DNA of 64,000 nt from an uncultured Mycoplasma sp. (lineage in GTDB: Bacteria; Bacillota_I; Bacilli_A; RF39; UBA660): the NCBI GenBank assembly GCA_964538205.1, contig CAZIFN010000001.1, positions 3,108-67,107 of the forward strand, in the 5' to 3' direction. A program made the translations under genes and the position numbers. Under the pieces are notes generated by a model, which saw only the letters and a list, made by a program, of their open reading frames with translations, had not been told where the DNA came from and searched no databases. Below, in pieces: positions 53,797-64,000 of this stretch. How positions within the stretch are numbered: the first letter of the stretch is position 1; each line of letters starts with the position of its first letter.

Positions 53797-56700
53797 TTAC
53801 TCCATAAATTGATCTTCTAATTTTTCTAAAGGTTCATCATCCATAAATTCTGTCTTCAATTCATAATCAACGTCTCTATATGACTTACTACCAGTACCAG
53901 CTGGAATAAGTTTACCAATAATTACATTTTCTTTTAATCCAGACAATGGATCAACCTTTCCTTTAATAGCAGCATCAGTTAAAATACGAGTTGTCTCTTG
54001 GAAAGAAGCAGCTGACAAGAACGAATCTGTTTCAAGAGCAGCTTTTGTAATGCCAAGTAATATAGGAATACCTCTTGCTGGTTTTTTACCTTTAATAACA
54101 GTATCTCTATTACCATCAGTAAATTCACGGAAATTAACCAAACTACCTGGCAAGAAAGTAGTATCACCAGATTCAACAATTCTAATCTTAGAAATCATAC
54201 GTCTTGCTATAATTTCAATATGTTTATCAGAAATATCAACACCTTGAGAACGATATGTATTTTGAACTTCTTTTAAGATATATTCTTGAGTAGTAATAGG
54301 ATCAGTTACTGCAAGCAATTCTTTAGGACTAATTGCACCTTCAGTAAGCTTATCACCACAAGAAACAACACTACCTTTATCAACACATAACTTAGCACCA
54401 TAATTAGTAACATGCTCTTTGGTTTCCAATTTATTTGTAATACTAATCTTATATTTACCATGATCTTCTTTAATCTTACTTACGGTACCATCAATTTCAG
54501 CAATTGTAGCCTTACCTTTTGGATTACGTGCTTCAAATAATTCTTGAACACGAGGAAGACCTTGAGTAATATCTTCAACACCAGCAACACCACCAGTATG
54601 GAATGTACGCATAGTAAGTTGAGTACCAGGCTCACCAATTGATTGAGCAGCCATAACACCTACAGCTTCTCCAATTTCAACTAAATTACCAGTAGCCAGA
54701 TTACGTCCATAACATTTTTGACACACTCCATTAACTGTACCACAAGTTAAAATTGTACGTATTTCAACATCCTTAATACCAGCAGATATTATCTTATCAG
54801 CCAAAGATTCTGTAATCATTTGAAGCTTATCAACGATAACTTCTTTAGTTTCAGGATTAATAATTTTCTTATTAGCATATCTACCAACAATACGATCACG
54901 TAAACTTTCTATCACAGAACCAGTCTTTTCGTTAATAAAATCATGAACAACAACACCTTGATCAGTACCACAATCTTCTTCACGAACAATCATATCCTGA
55001 CTTACATCAACTAAACGACGAGTTAAATAACCAGAATCAGCTGTTTTTAATGCCGTATCAGCTAAACCTTTACGAGTACCATGAGTAGATAAGAAGAATT
55101 CAGAAACAGACAAACCTTCAATGAAGTTTGAAAGAACTGGAATTTCTACTGATGATCCATCTGGTTTAGCCATTATACCACGCATACCAGCAACTTGAGT
55201 AAAGTTTGAAATATTACCACGTGCTTTAGAATGCATCATCATAAATATCGGATTATCAACATCACTCTTAGCTATTTCTTCAAGCTCAGATTGAACCTTA
55301 TCTTTAGCAGCATTCCAAGTTTCAATAACCTTAGTATATCTTTCTTCATCAGTAATTAAACCACGTTTATATTGTTTATTAATTTTATCAACTAATTTTT
55401 GACTTTCAGAAACAACTTCATTTTTATGCTTACTAGTAACTACATCAGACATACTAACAGTAATACCCGCAATAGTAGAATACTTAAATCCTAAGTCCTT
55501 AAGATTATCAAGCATAGTTGATGTTTCTGTTGTCTTATATCTCTTAAACACTTGAGCAATTATTTTTTCCAATGTACCTTTAGCAAAAGGACTTACCAAT
55601 GGCATTTCTTTTATAGCCTCTGGAATATTAACTCCTTTATCTAAGAAATATTTATTTGGAGTAATATTTTGAATATTATCTTCTGTAGGCTCATTTATAA
55701 AGGCAAATGAATCCGGTAAAATTTCATTAAATTTAATCTTACCAACAGTAGTAACTAAATATTTACCTTTTTGACTCTCTGTAAACAATTTATATTTAAA
55801 AGAATCAACTGGTATTGCAACACGAGTATGAAGAGTTAATTCTCTACGTTCATATGCCATTAAAGCCTCATTTGTATTTTTAAATACTCTACCTTCACCA
55901 ACTTCTCCAGCTTTTTCCATCGTTATATAATAATTACCCAAAACCATATCTTGTGATGGAGTAACAATAGGATCACCTGATTTAGGATGAAGAATATTAT
56001 TTGAACCAAGCATCAATAATCTAGCTTCTGCTTGTGCTTCTTCAGATAAAGGAACATGAACAGCCATCTGATCACCATCAAAGTCAGCATTAAATGCAGT
56101 ACAAACCAATGGATGCAAGCGAATCGCTTTTCCACCAACAAGAATTGGCTCAAAAGCTTGAATACCTAATCTATGTAATGTAGGTGCACGATTTAACATA
56201 ACTGGATGTTCTTTAATAACTTCCTCAACAATATCCCATACAACAGGATCTTGATTTTCAATTAATCTTTTAGCAGCCTTTATATTATGTGCTATATCTT
56301 TTTCTACTAAACCATGTATAACATGTGGCTTAAATAACTCTAAAGCCATTTCTTTAGGAATACCACATTGATACATTTTTAAACTTGGTCCAACAACAAT
56401 AACAGAACGTCCAGAGTAATCAACTCTTTTACCTAATAGATTTTGACGGAAGCGTCCTTGTTTACCTTTTAACATACTAGATAAAGACTTTAACGGTCTA
56501 TTTCCAGCACCTGTTACACTTCTACCACGACGACCATTATCTAATAATGAATCAACAGCTTCTTGTAACATACGTTTTTCATTTTGAATAATTATAGTAG
56601 GAGCACCTAAATCAATAAGCTTTTTCAAACGATTATTACGATTAATTACACGTCTATACAAATCATTTAAATCACTAGTAGCAAATCTACCACCATCAAG

Positions 56701-57429
56701 TTGAATCATAGGTCTAAGTTCAGGTGGTATAACAGGAATACAATCCATAATCATCCATTCAGGTTTATTACCAGAAGTATAGAAAGCATCTAAAACATCT
56801 AATCGCTTTAATAATCTAGTCCTTTTTTGACCTTGTGCAGTCTCCAATTCTTTTGAAATCTCATCAATTTCCTTTTTTAAATCAACGTTTTTCAAAAGTT
56901 CTTTAATTGCCTCAGCACCCATACCAACTCTAAAACCAGTGCCATATTTTTCATAATAAGCTCTATATTCTTTTTCTGATAAAGTTTGTTTATTTTCTAG
57001 AGGTGCATTACCTTTATCAATAACAACATAACTAACAAAATATAAAACTTCTTCCAAATCCCTAGGACTCATATCAAGTACAAGACCCATACGAGAAGGC
57101 ACACCTTTAAAAAACCAAATATGTGAAACTGGAGTAGCAAGTTCGATATGACCCATACGTTCACGACGAACTTTAGAACGAGTAACTTCAACACCACATC
57201 TATCACAAACTATATTCTTATAACGAACTCTTTTATACTTTCCACAAGCACACTCAAAGTCTTTTGTAGGTCCAAATATTTTTTCACAAAACAAACCATC
57301 TCTTTCAGGTCTAAGTGTACGATAATTAATAGTTTCTGGCTTTTTAACTTCTCCATAAGACCATTCACGAATTTTTTCAGGAGAAGCAATACCAATTTTT
57401 AATGCATCAAACTTATTTACTTCTATCAT
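53797..57429 (-). CDS. rpoC: DNA-directed RNA polymerase subunit beta'
   Basis: 1210 aa. Zn-finger CxxC...CxxC, the NADFDGD catalytic motif and overall colinearity are present. It overlaps rpoB by 1 nt (TAATG). Confidence 0.98.
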   Translation of the reverse strand: MIEVNKFDALKIGIASPEKIREWSYGEVKKPETINYRTLRPERDGLFCEKIFGPTKDFECACGKYKRVRYKNIVCDRCGVEVTRSKVRRERMGHIELATPVSHIWFFKGVPSRMGLVLDMSPRDLEEVLYFVSYVVIDKGNAPLENKQTLSEKEYRAYYEKYGTGFRVGMGAEAIKELLKNVDLKKEIDEISKELETAQGQKRTRLLKRLDVLDAFYTSGNKPEWMIMDCIPVIPPELRPMIQLDGGRFATSDLNDLYRRVINRNNRLKKLIDLGAPTIIIQNEKRMLQEAVDSLLDNGRRGRSVTGAGNRPLKSLSSMLKGKQGRFRQNLLGKRVDYSGRSVIVVGPSLKMYQCGIPKEMALELFKPHVIHGLVEKDIAHNIKAAKRLIENQDPVVWDIVEEVIKEHPVMLNRAPTLHRLGIQAFEPILVGGKAIRLHPLVCTAFNADFDGDQMAVHVPLSEEAQAEARLLMLGSNNILHPKSGDPIVTPSQDMVLGNYYITMEKAGEVGEGRVFKNTNEALMAYERRELTLHTRVAIPVDSFKYKLFTESQKGKYLVTTVGKIKFNEILPDSFAFINEPTEDNIQNITPNKYFLDKGVNIPEAIKEMPLVSPFAKGTLEKIIAQVFKRYKTTETSTMLDNLKDLGFKYSTIAGITVSMSDVVTSKHKNEVVSESQKLVDKINKQYKRGLITDEERYTKVIETWNAAKDKVQSELEEIAKSDVDNPIFMMMHSKARGNISNFTQVAGMRGIMAKPDGSSVEIPVLSNFIEGLSVSEFFLSTHGTRKGLADTALKTADSGYLTRRLVDVSQDMIVREEDCGTDQGVVVHDFINEKTGSVIESLRDRIVGRYANKKIINPETKEVIVDKLQMITESLADKIISAGIKDVEIRTILTCGTVNGVCQKCYGRNLATGNLVEIGEAVGVMAAQSIGEPGTQLTMRTFHTGGVAGVEDITQGLPRVQELFEARNPKGKATIAEIDGTVSKIKEDHGKYKISITNKLETKEHVTNYGAKLCVDKGSVVSCGDKLTEGAISPKELLAVTDPITTQEYILKEVQNTYRSQGVDISDKHIEIIARRMISKIRIVESGDTTFLPGSLVNFREFTDGNRDTVIKGKKPARGIPILLGITKAALETDSFLSAASFQETTRILTDAAIKGKVDPLSGLKENVIIGKLIPAGTGSKSYRDVDYELKTEFMDDEPLEKLEDQFME

Positions 57430-60400
57430 TAAAGATCAGCTCCTTCCTCAAAATCTTCTTCACTAAATTCTTCATTCATAAAATCTTCATAATCATCTTC
57501 AAACTCATTTTCATCATCTTCTGAAGAATCATAATCAGTATATTCATCATTATCAGGTGATGGAATAACATCAGCAACAGGTACATTTTCAAATTCATCC
57601 ATTGAAGTATTAGAATCATCTTTATCCTCTGCTTCTTCTATTTCCTTAAGTTGTAAAGTCTCACCATCATCATTTATTATTGAAATATCAAGACCAAGTG
57701 CTTGGAACTCTTTCATAAGTACCCTAAATGACTCTGGAACTCCAGCTTGATTAATTTCTTGACCCTTTATTATAGATTCATAAACTTTAACACGTCCTAC
57801 AACATCATCAGACTTAACAGTTAAAATTTCTTGTAAAGTATGAGCTGCACCATAAGCATATAAAGCCCAAACTTCCATTTCACCAAATCTTTGTCCACCA
57901 AATTGTGCTTTTCCACCTAAAGGCTGTTGTGTTACTAATGAATATGGACCAGTTGAACGGGCATGTAATTTATCATCTACCATATGATGTAATTTAATCA
58001 TATACATTACACCAACAGCAATTCTGTGATCAAAAGGTTCACCAGTACGACCATCATATAAAACAGTCTTACCATCTTCATCCATACCAGCTTCCTTCAT
58101 CATATCTTTAATATCATCTATATGAGCTCCATCAAAAACAGGAGTAGCAATATGAACACCTAATTTTTTACAAGCCATACCCATATGTATTTCAAGAATT
58201 TGACCAAAATTCATACGAGAAGGAACACCTTGAGGATTTAACATAATATCAACAGGAGTACCATCTGGTAAATATGGCATATCTTCTTGTGGAAGAATAA
58301 GCGAAATAACACCTTTATTACCATGTCTTCCAGACATCTTATCTCCAACTTGAATTTTACGTTTTTGAATTATATAAACACGAATCACTTTACTTACACC
58401 CGCAGGTAACTCATCATTATCCTTACGTGAGTAAATTTTAATATCATGAACAATTCCGTCTCCACCATGAGGAACACGTAAAGATGTATCACGAACCTCA
58501 CGAGTCTTCTCTCCAAAAATAGCATGTAACAATTTTTCCTCAGAAGTAAGCTCAGCCATACCCTTAGGAGTAACTTTACCTACTAAAATATCTCCCTCTT
58601 TTACTTCAGTACCAATTGTAATAATACCATTTTCATCTAAGTTACGACGAGCTTCCTCTGAAACATTAGGAATATCCCTAGTAATTTCTTCAGGTCCTAA
58701 CTTAGTTTCACGACATTGCATTTCGTAATCTTCAAGATGCAATGAAGTATATTTATCATCTTTAACTAAATTTTCATTTAAAATAACAGCATCTTCATAG
58801 TTATAACCATTAAAAGTCATAAATGCTACCGTCATATTTTTACCAAGAGCAAGTTCACCCTTATCAGTAGAATTACCATCAGCAAGTATTGTAGTATCAG
58901 CCTTAACCTTATCACCAACATGAACAATAGGTCTTTGATGTGAACAAATACTAGAGTTAGCTAATTCAAAATTTGCTAATTTATATGTATCCTTACCTTC
59001 TTTTGTTTTAACAACTATTTTCTTAGCATCTACATATTCAACAATACCATCATTTCTAGCAACTACTTCAACACCAGAATCCTTAGCAGCCACAAATTCA
59101 ACACCTGTACCAACATAAGGAGCCTCAGTCTTAATCAAAGGCATAGCTTGACGTTGCATGTTAGCACCCATGGAAGCACGAGTAGCATCATCATGTTCAA
59201 GGAATGGTATACAACTAGTAGTAACAGAAACAACTTGTTGTGGACTAACATCAATATAATCAACTTGTTCTGGTTTAGCCAAAATATTTTCACCACGGAA
59301 ACGAGCATTAACAAGTTCACTTGTAATAGTATTAGATTCATCAGTTTCAACTGTTGATTGAGAAATTATATAATCTAATTCTTCATCAGCAGTCAAATAA
59401 CAAACATCGTCTGTAATCTGACAATTAACAACCTTACGATACGGAGTCATAATAAATCCATATTCATCAATTTTAGCATAACTAGCTAAAGAAGTAATAA
59501 GTCCAATATTAGGTCCTTCTGGAGATTCAATAGGACAAATTCTACCATAGTGAGAACTATTAACATCACGTACCTCAACACCAGCACGATCACGAGATAA
59601 ACCACCTGGTCCTAAAGCAGAAAGACGACGTTTATTAGTAAGCTCAGCTATTGGATTTGTCTGATCCATAAACTGTGACAATTGAGAACTACCAAAAAAC
59701 TCTTTCATAGCAGCAGTAACTGGACGAATATTAATTAATGTCTTTGGAGTAACCTCTTCCATTTCTTGAGTAGTCATTCTTTCACGAACAACTCTTTCCA
59801 TTCTAGAAACACCAATTCTAAATTGATTTTGTAAAAGTTCTCCAACTTGACGAATACGTCTATTTCCTAAATGATCAATTTCATCAAAATTTCCAACACC
59901 CTGTAACAAATTTAAATAATATGAAACAGAAGCATAAACATCTGAAATAGTCAAACGTTTAACATCAATACTTTGATCATTACCTATAACCAAAAGTTTC
60001 TTCTTTTTATCATTTGGATTCTGAATTTTAACTATCTGAACTTTATTGTATTGATCTAATTCCTCATTAACCTTTACCTCAGTTAAACCAAATCCATTAG
60101 CTAAAGCATCTTTTAATATATCAATATTAGCTTTAGTAATCTTTGTACCCTTTTCAAGAACAACTTCAGAAGAATTAGTAATATCCTCAGCTAATACTTG
60201 ATCTAACAAACGATCAATAACATTTAATTTACGATTAAATTTATAACGACCTACTCTAGCTAAATCATATCTAAATTCATCAAAGAAACGAGTAATAATC
60301 TGATTCTTAGAAGAATCAAGAGTAACTGGTTCTCCAGGTCTTAATTTTTCATAAATTTCAATCAAGGCCTCATCTGTATTCTTAGTAGAATCCTTAGCAA

Positions 60401-61070
60401 TAGTATTCTTTAAGTACTCATCTTCACCAAACATTTTTAAAATATCTTCATCATTAGATAAACCAAATGCCCTAAGCAAAGTAGTTAAAGTTACTTTTCT
60501 AGTACGATCAATACGTACATATAAAACATCCCTAGCATCTGTTTCATACTCTAACCAAGTACCACGTGTAGGAATAATTTGTGAAGTTATTAATTCACGA
60601 CCAGATTTATCAATTTCACGATTATAATAAACACTAGGAGAACGTACTAATTGTGAAACTATAACACGCTCAGCACCATTAATAACAAAAGTACCAGAGT
60701 CTGTCATCATAGGCATATCACCCATAAAAATCTCTTGCTCTTTTACTTCTCCAGACTCACGATTAAACAAACGCACCTCAACTCTTAAAGGAGCAGCATA
60801 AGTACTTTCACGATCTTTACTCTCTTTAATAGAATATCTTGGCTCATCAAAATGATAATCACCAAATTCAAGTGATAAAGTTCCAGAGAAATTTTCTACT
60901 GGAAATAAATCTTCAAACACTTCTTTAATACCTGTTTCTAGAAACCATTTATAAGACTTTTTCTGAACTTCCAATAAGTCCTTTAGCTCATAAGTATTTC
61001 TAATTTTTGAGAAATTTCTTCTTTCTCGATAGTCACCAGATTTTACAATTTTGTATGACACTATTTTCAC
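57429..61070 (-). CDS. rpoB: DNA-directed RNA polymerase subunit beta
   Basis: 1213 aa with conserved Rif-cluster regions. It has an unusually long acidic C-terminal tail (about 75 aa rich in D/E). Confidence 0.98.
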   Translation of the reverse strand: MKIVSYKIVKSGDYRERRNFSKIRNTYELKDLLEVQKKSYKWFLETGIKEVFEDLFPVENFSGTLSLEFGDYHFDEPRYSIKESKDRESTYAAPLRVEVRLFNRESGEVKEQEIFMGDMPMMTDSGTFVINGAERVIVSQLVRSPSVYYNREIDKSGRELITSQIIPTRGTWLEYETDARDVLYVRIDRTRKVTLTTLLRAFGLSNDEDILKMFGEDEYLKNTIAKDSTKNTDEALIEIYEKLRPGEPVTLDSSKNQIITRFFDEFRYDLARVGRYKFNRKLNVIDRLLDQVLAEDITNSSEVVLEKGTKITKANIDILKDALANGFGLTEVKVNEELDQYNKVQIVKIQNPNDKKKKLLVIGNDQSIDVKRLTISDVYASVSYYLNLLQGVGNFDEIDHLGNRRIRQVGELLQNQFRIGVSRMERVVRERMTTQEMEEVTPKTLINIRPVTAAMKEFFGSSQLSQFMDQTNPIAELTNKRRLSALGPGGLSRDRAGVEVRDVNSSHYGRICPIESPEGPNIGLITSLASYAKIDEYGFIMTPYRKVVNCQITDDVCYLTADEELDYIISQSTVETDESNTITSELVNARFRGENILAKPEQVDYIDVSPQQVVSVTTSCIPFLEHDDATRASMGANMQRQAMPLIKTEAPYVGTGVEFVAAKDSGVEVVARNDGIVEYVDAKKIVVKTKEGKDTYKLANFELANSSICSHQRPIVHVGDKVKADTTILADGNSTDKGELALGKNMTVAFMTFNGYNYEDAVILNENLVKDDKYTSLHLEDYEMQCRETKLGPEEITRDIPNVSEEARRNLDENGIITIGTEVKEGDILVGKVTPKGMAELTSEEKLLHAIFGEKTREVRDTSLRVPHGGDGIVHDIKIYSRKDNDELPAGVSKVIRVYIIQKRKIQVGDKMSGRHGNKGVISLILPQEDMPYLPDGTPVDIMLNPQGVPSRMNFGQILEIHMGMACKKLGVHIATPVFDGAHIDDIKDMMKEAGMDEDGKTVLYDGRTGEPFDHRIAVGVMYMIKLHHMVDDKLHARSTGPYSLVTQQPLGGKAQFGGQRFGEMEVWALYAYGAAHTLQEILTVKSDDVVGRVKVYESIIKGQEINQAGVPESFRVLMKEFQALGLDISIINDDGETLQLKEIEEAEDKDDSNTSMDEFENVPVADVIPSPDNDEYTDYDSSEDDENEFEDDYEDFMNEEFSEEDFEEGADL

Positions 61071-61159
61071 CCACCTAACATAACTAAAACATAACTATAG
61101 ATTTTTTACTAAATTAAAATCAGCAAATAATATTATCGACAAATATAATAAAAAGTCAA

Positions 61160-61744
61160 TTATAAACTACATTTTATAATAAAAAATCCTTTACTCTTTT
61201 TTAATACATCAACAGTATATAGTTTTTTTAAGTCGACAATTAGCGATTTTGCACCTTGTTCCTTACGAATAACCAAGAAAAGCTTACCATTTTTATCAAG
61301 ATAATCCTTAGCATTCATCACTATATTGTAGACCACTTTTTTACCAGCCCTTATCGGAGGATTAGTAATAATTGAAGAGTATTTTAAAGAAACATTTTCA
61401 TAAACATTACTTTCAAATATAGAAACATTTGATACATTATTTAACTTTGCATTCCTACTTGCCAAATGCAATGCTCTTAAATTAATATCAACCATATCCA
61501 CATGTGCAGAAGTAAGTTTACTAATTACAATACCAAATACTCCATAACCGCAACCCAAATCAAGAATTTTGCCTCCAACCTCTTCAAGCGGGATTGACTC
61601 AAGAAGAAGTCTACTGCCAAAATCCAAACCGTTCTTCGAAAAAACACCATTATCAGTTAAAAAAGTAAACCAAGTACCAAGCACCATACATTTTGTCTCT
61701 CTAACATTACTTGGTAACTTATCATTAGTAAAATACTGACCCAT
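61160..61744 (-). CDS. Class I SAM-dependent methyltransferase, small-domain RsmC/YbxB-like (NPPxxxG)
   Basis: 194 aa. ILDLGCGYGVFG (motif I) and ITNPPIRAG (motif IV). Its position immediately upstream of rpoB matches B. subtilis ybxB. Confidence 0.6.
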   Translation of the reverse strand: MGQYFTNDKLPSNVRETKCMVLGTWFTFLTDNGVFSKNGLDFGSRLLLESIPLEEVGGKILDLGCGYGVFGIVISKLTSAHVDMVDINLRALHLASRNAKLNNVSNVSIFESNVYENVSLKYSSIITNPPIRAGKKVVYNIVMNAKDYLDKNGKLFLVIRKEQGAKSLIVDLKKLYTVDVLKKSKGFFIIKCSL

Positions 61745-61880
61745 TTTAAACTCCTTTTGGAAAAAAAAAGAAGAAGAAAACTCTCATAAAAATATTAGTT
61801 TTCTTCCTTTCGAAACATATATTACAACAAAATTATATATATGTCAAACACTTTTTAAATAAATTTACATTTTTTTACAA

Positions 61881-64000
61881 TCAACTATTTAACTTTTTAT
61901 TATAAGTAAACGTACCATGGCCTATAATAAGTACAATTAACACTATATCAATTAATACCCTTATACCAGTATTTGGATTATCAATACTTTTTTCCGTTAC
62001 ATTAATAGATAAATCAGTACTAATACCACCATAACTTAGCTTGATAGTTTGTTCACCAATTCTATTAAATGTACTACCATTTTCAACACTAGTATCAAAT
62101 CCAGAATTTATTTCTTCAAAAGTACCATCAGTATACTCAACATAAAGAATTATGTTATTTAAATTAAACTTATCACCAACAAAAGTACTTCCTTTATACA
62201 TTCCATCCTTAACTTCTATAGACTTTACTTCTTTTATATTAATATCAAAAGTTAAAATATGTCCCTCATAATCAACACTAACTTTTTTAGTACCAACATC
62301 ATTAAGTATAGTTCCATCACTTATTGATAAATTTAAAGCCGTAGAAACATCCAATTTAGACAAATTATTATTAATAACAGTTAAAACTAATCCTGTTGAA
62401 TCAAACTTATCACCTTTTACATAATTAATCTTATCAGGAAGCTGTTTTATAATCACATTATCAACAACTATATCTTCAACTAATATATTATAAGAAGTAG
62501 TAAAGCCTTTATAAGAAACTAAAACATCAATCGAACCAACATCATTTAGTATAGTACCATTACTAATAGAAGTAGTAAAACCTTTACTTATATTTTCTAT
62601 TTTTCCATTATTATAATTTAACGAAATAACTAAGCCAGTAGAATCAAACTTATCTCCCTTATAATAGTTAACAGAATTAGCATTCTCCTTAATGCTTATA
62701 GATTCTAATTCAACTGCTTCAACACTAATATCAAAAGTAGTTTTTAACGAACCGTATTTAATAGTAACAGTCTTAGTACCAACAGAATTCAAATTTACAG
62801 TATCACATGTATAACCCTTATCTATTATAGTCTTGGTGCCATTATTATTAACACCCTCAATAACAAGACCATCTAAAGATAAAGTATCACCAACATAATA
62901 TTTCAATTTATTAGGACTAGTTTTAACATTAATACTCTCTAATTCAACCTTTTTGACATTAACTTTATAACTACTTTTCTTATTTCCATAAGCAATTTCA
63001 ACATCCTGACTACCTACAGCAGTTAATACCTTAGGCGTATATTCAAAACCTTCATTTATTGTTTTTTTACTAGAATCACTATAAGTTGCAATTATTTCAA
63101 GACCAGTAACATCTAAATTATCACCTTCATAATAATCTGTCTTAACTTTAGAAGTATTAAGAACAATTCCAACAAGTTCCAACTTACCAACATTAACAGT
63201 AAATGTAGCACTCTTACCTGAATATGTAACTGTGACAGTAGTTGTTCCAGAAGCATTAAGTACTTTAGGTGTATATTCATATGAAGATGTAATAACCTTT
63301 GTACTGCCATTATTATAACTAGCTAATATTTCAAGACCAGTAACATCTAAACTGTCACCTTCATAATAATCTAATTTCTTTGGCTTGCTTTTAATACTTA
63401 TACCAGTAGCATTTAATTCTTCAACTGTAACAGTAAACGTAGTACTCTTACCTGAATATGTAACAGTTACAACCTGTTGTCCAGACGTATTTAATTTTGA
63501 AACATCAACTGTAAATCCAGAAGTAACAGTATTTTCACTACTATTATTATATTTTAACTTCAATGACAAACCAGAAGTATCCAAACTATCTCCTACATAA
63601 TAACTTGTTTTCTTTGGCATTGTATTAATTGAAATACTCTCTAACTCTACTTTCTTAACATTAACAGTAAACGTTGCACTCTTACCTGAATATGTAACAG
63701 TTACAACCTGTTGTCCAGACGTATTTAATTTTGAAACATCAACTGTAAATCCAGAAGTAACAGTATTTTCACTACTATTATTATATTTTAACTTCAATGA
63801 CAAACCAGAAGTATCCAAACTATCTCCTACATAATAACTTGTTTTCTTTGGCATTGTATTAATTGAAATACTCTCTAACTCTACTTTCTTAACATTAACA
63901 GTAAACGTTGCACTCTTACCTGAATATGTAACAGTTACAACCTGTTGTCCAGACGTATTTAATTTTGAAACGTCAACTGTAAATCCAGAATTAATAGTCT
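61881..64000 (-). CDS. Large cell-surface protein with tandem Big_3 (bacterial Ig-like group 3) domains and a C-terminal NPNTG sorting signal; the N-terminus lies beyond the right window edge
   Basis: At least 8 repeats of the KxxYYxGDxLDxxGLx(I/L) Big_3 signature. The C-terminus NPNTGIRVLIDIVLIVLIIGHGTFTYNKKLNS is a tripartite sorting signal. The ORF is open to position 64000, so the protein is partial. The track start at 63854 is an internal Met. Confidence 0.65.
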   Translation of the reverse strand, partial: TINSGFTVDVSKLNTSGQQVVTVTYSGKSATFTVNVKKVELESISINTMPKKTSYYVGDSLDTSGLSLKLKYNNSSENTVTSGFTVDVSKLNTSGQQVVTVTYSGKSATFTVNVKKVELESISINTMPKKTSYYVGDSLDTSGLSLKLKYNNSSENTVTSGFTVDVSKLNTSGQQVVTVTYSGKSTTFTVTVEELNATGISIKSKPKKLDYYEGDSLDVTGLEILASYNNGSTKVITSSYEYTPKVLNASGTTTVTVTYSGKSATFTVNVGKLELVGIVLNTSKVKTDYYEGDNLDVTGLEIIATYSDSSKKTINEGFEYTPKVLTAVGSQDVEIAYGNKKSSYKVNVKKVELESINVKTSPNKLKYYVGDTLSLDGLVIEGVNNNGTKTIIDKGYTCDTVNLNSVGTKTVTIKYGSLKTTFDISVEAVELESISIKENANSVNYYKGDKFDSTGLVISLNYNNGKIENISKGFTTSISNGTILNDVGSIDVLVSYKGFTTSYNILVEDIVVDNVIIKQLPDKINYVKGDKFDSTGLVLTVINNNLSKLDVSTALNLSISDGTILNDVGTKKVSVDYEGHILTFDINIKEVKSIEVKDGMYKGSTFVGDKFNLNNIILYVEYTDGTFEEINSGFDTSVENGSTFNRIGEQTIKLSYGGISTDLSINVTEKSIDNPNTGIRVLIDIVLIVLIIGHGTFTYNKKLNS
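63378..64000. repeat. 234-bp (78-codon) direct tandem repeat, at least 2.6 copies, two of them essentially identical, inside the Big_3 surface-protein gene
   Basis: The string tctttggcattgtattaattgaaatactctc... recurs at 63611 and 63845 (period 234). The third copy (63378-63611) and the copy at the window edge carry a few substitutions. The encoded repeat MPKKTSYYVGDSLDTSGLSLKLKYNNSSENTVTSGFTVDVSKLNTSGQQVVTVTYSGKSATFTVNVKKVELESISINT appears twice verbatim. Confidence 0.9.

Overview
This is a 64 kb chromosomal segment from a very AT-rich, low-GC Gram-positive bacterium that uses the standard genetic code (TGG encodes Trp; LeuS, RpoB and RpoC read through intact). Sporulation-type markers (Cse60-like, CotF-like, UvsE, YtxH/DUF948, CtpB-like S41 protease, YdcC-like lipoprotein) suggest a spore-forming Clostridia- or Erysipelotrichia-like firmicute. 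Almost all genes are on the minus strand. Core housekeeping genes make up the backbone: ybxB-like methyltransferase, rpoB, rpoC, rpsL, rpsG, fusA, tuf, murD, eno, proS, secG, rnr, smpB, pflB, pflA, ssrA (tmRNA), cdaA, cdaR, fhs, leuS, trmB, and a partial tyrS start at the left edge. Between them are cell-envelope genes: two FemAB-family transferases, an LtaS-like transferase, a MOP flippase, a VanY carboxypeptidase, an NlpC/P60 hydrolase, an S41 peptidase, a sortase next to a CnaB-type adhesin, and a large Big_3-repeat surface protein that runs off the right edge and carries perfect 234-bp tandem repeats. RNA and regulatory elements read directly from the sequence are a tmRNA on the minus strand (with the G3:U wobble pair and a tag ending AVAFA followed by two stop codons), a T-box leader with its terminator upstream of leuS, a T-box-like leader upstream of proS, and several intrinsic terminators. 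I found no CRISPR array, reverse transcriptase, integrase or recognisable defence-system genes. The observations most worth a second look are: the surface proteins ending in xPNT(G/K) sorting signals beside a minimal sortase; a 56-aa Cse60-like ORF that falls below the ORF-track size cutoff; an operon of LtaS-like, unknown and MOP-flippase genes; a Fic gene immediately upstream of uvsE; a 16-T homopolymer in a promoter region; two membrane-protein genes sitting where ybxF normally lies between rpoC and rpsL; and a GH31-like enzyme with an apparently non-canonical acid/base motif. Apart from gene calls and coordinates, the results are by-eye motif recognition without database searches.
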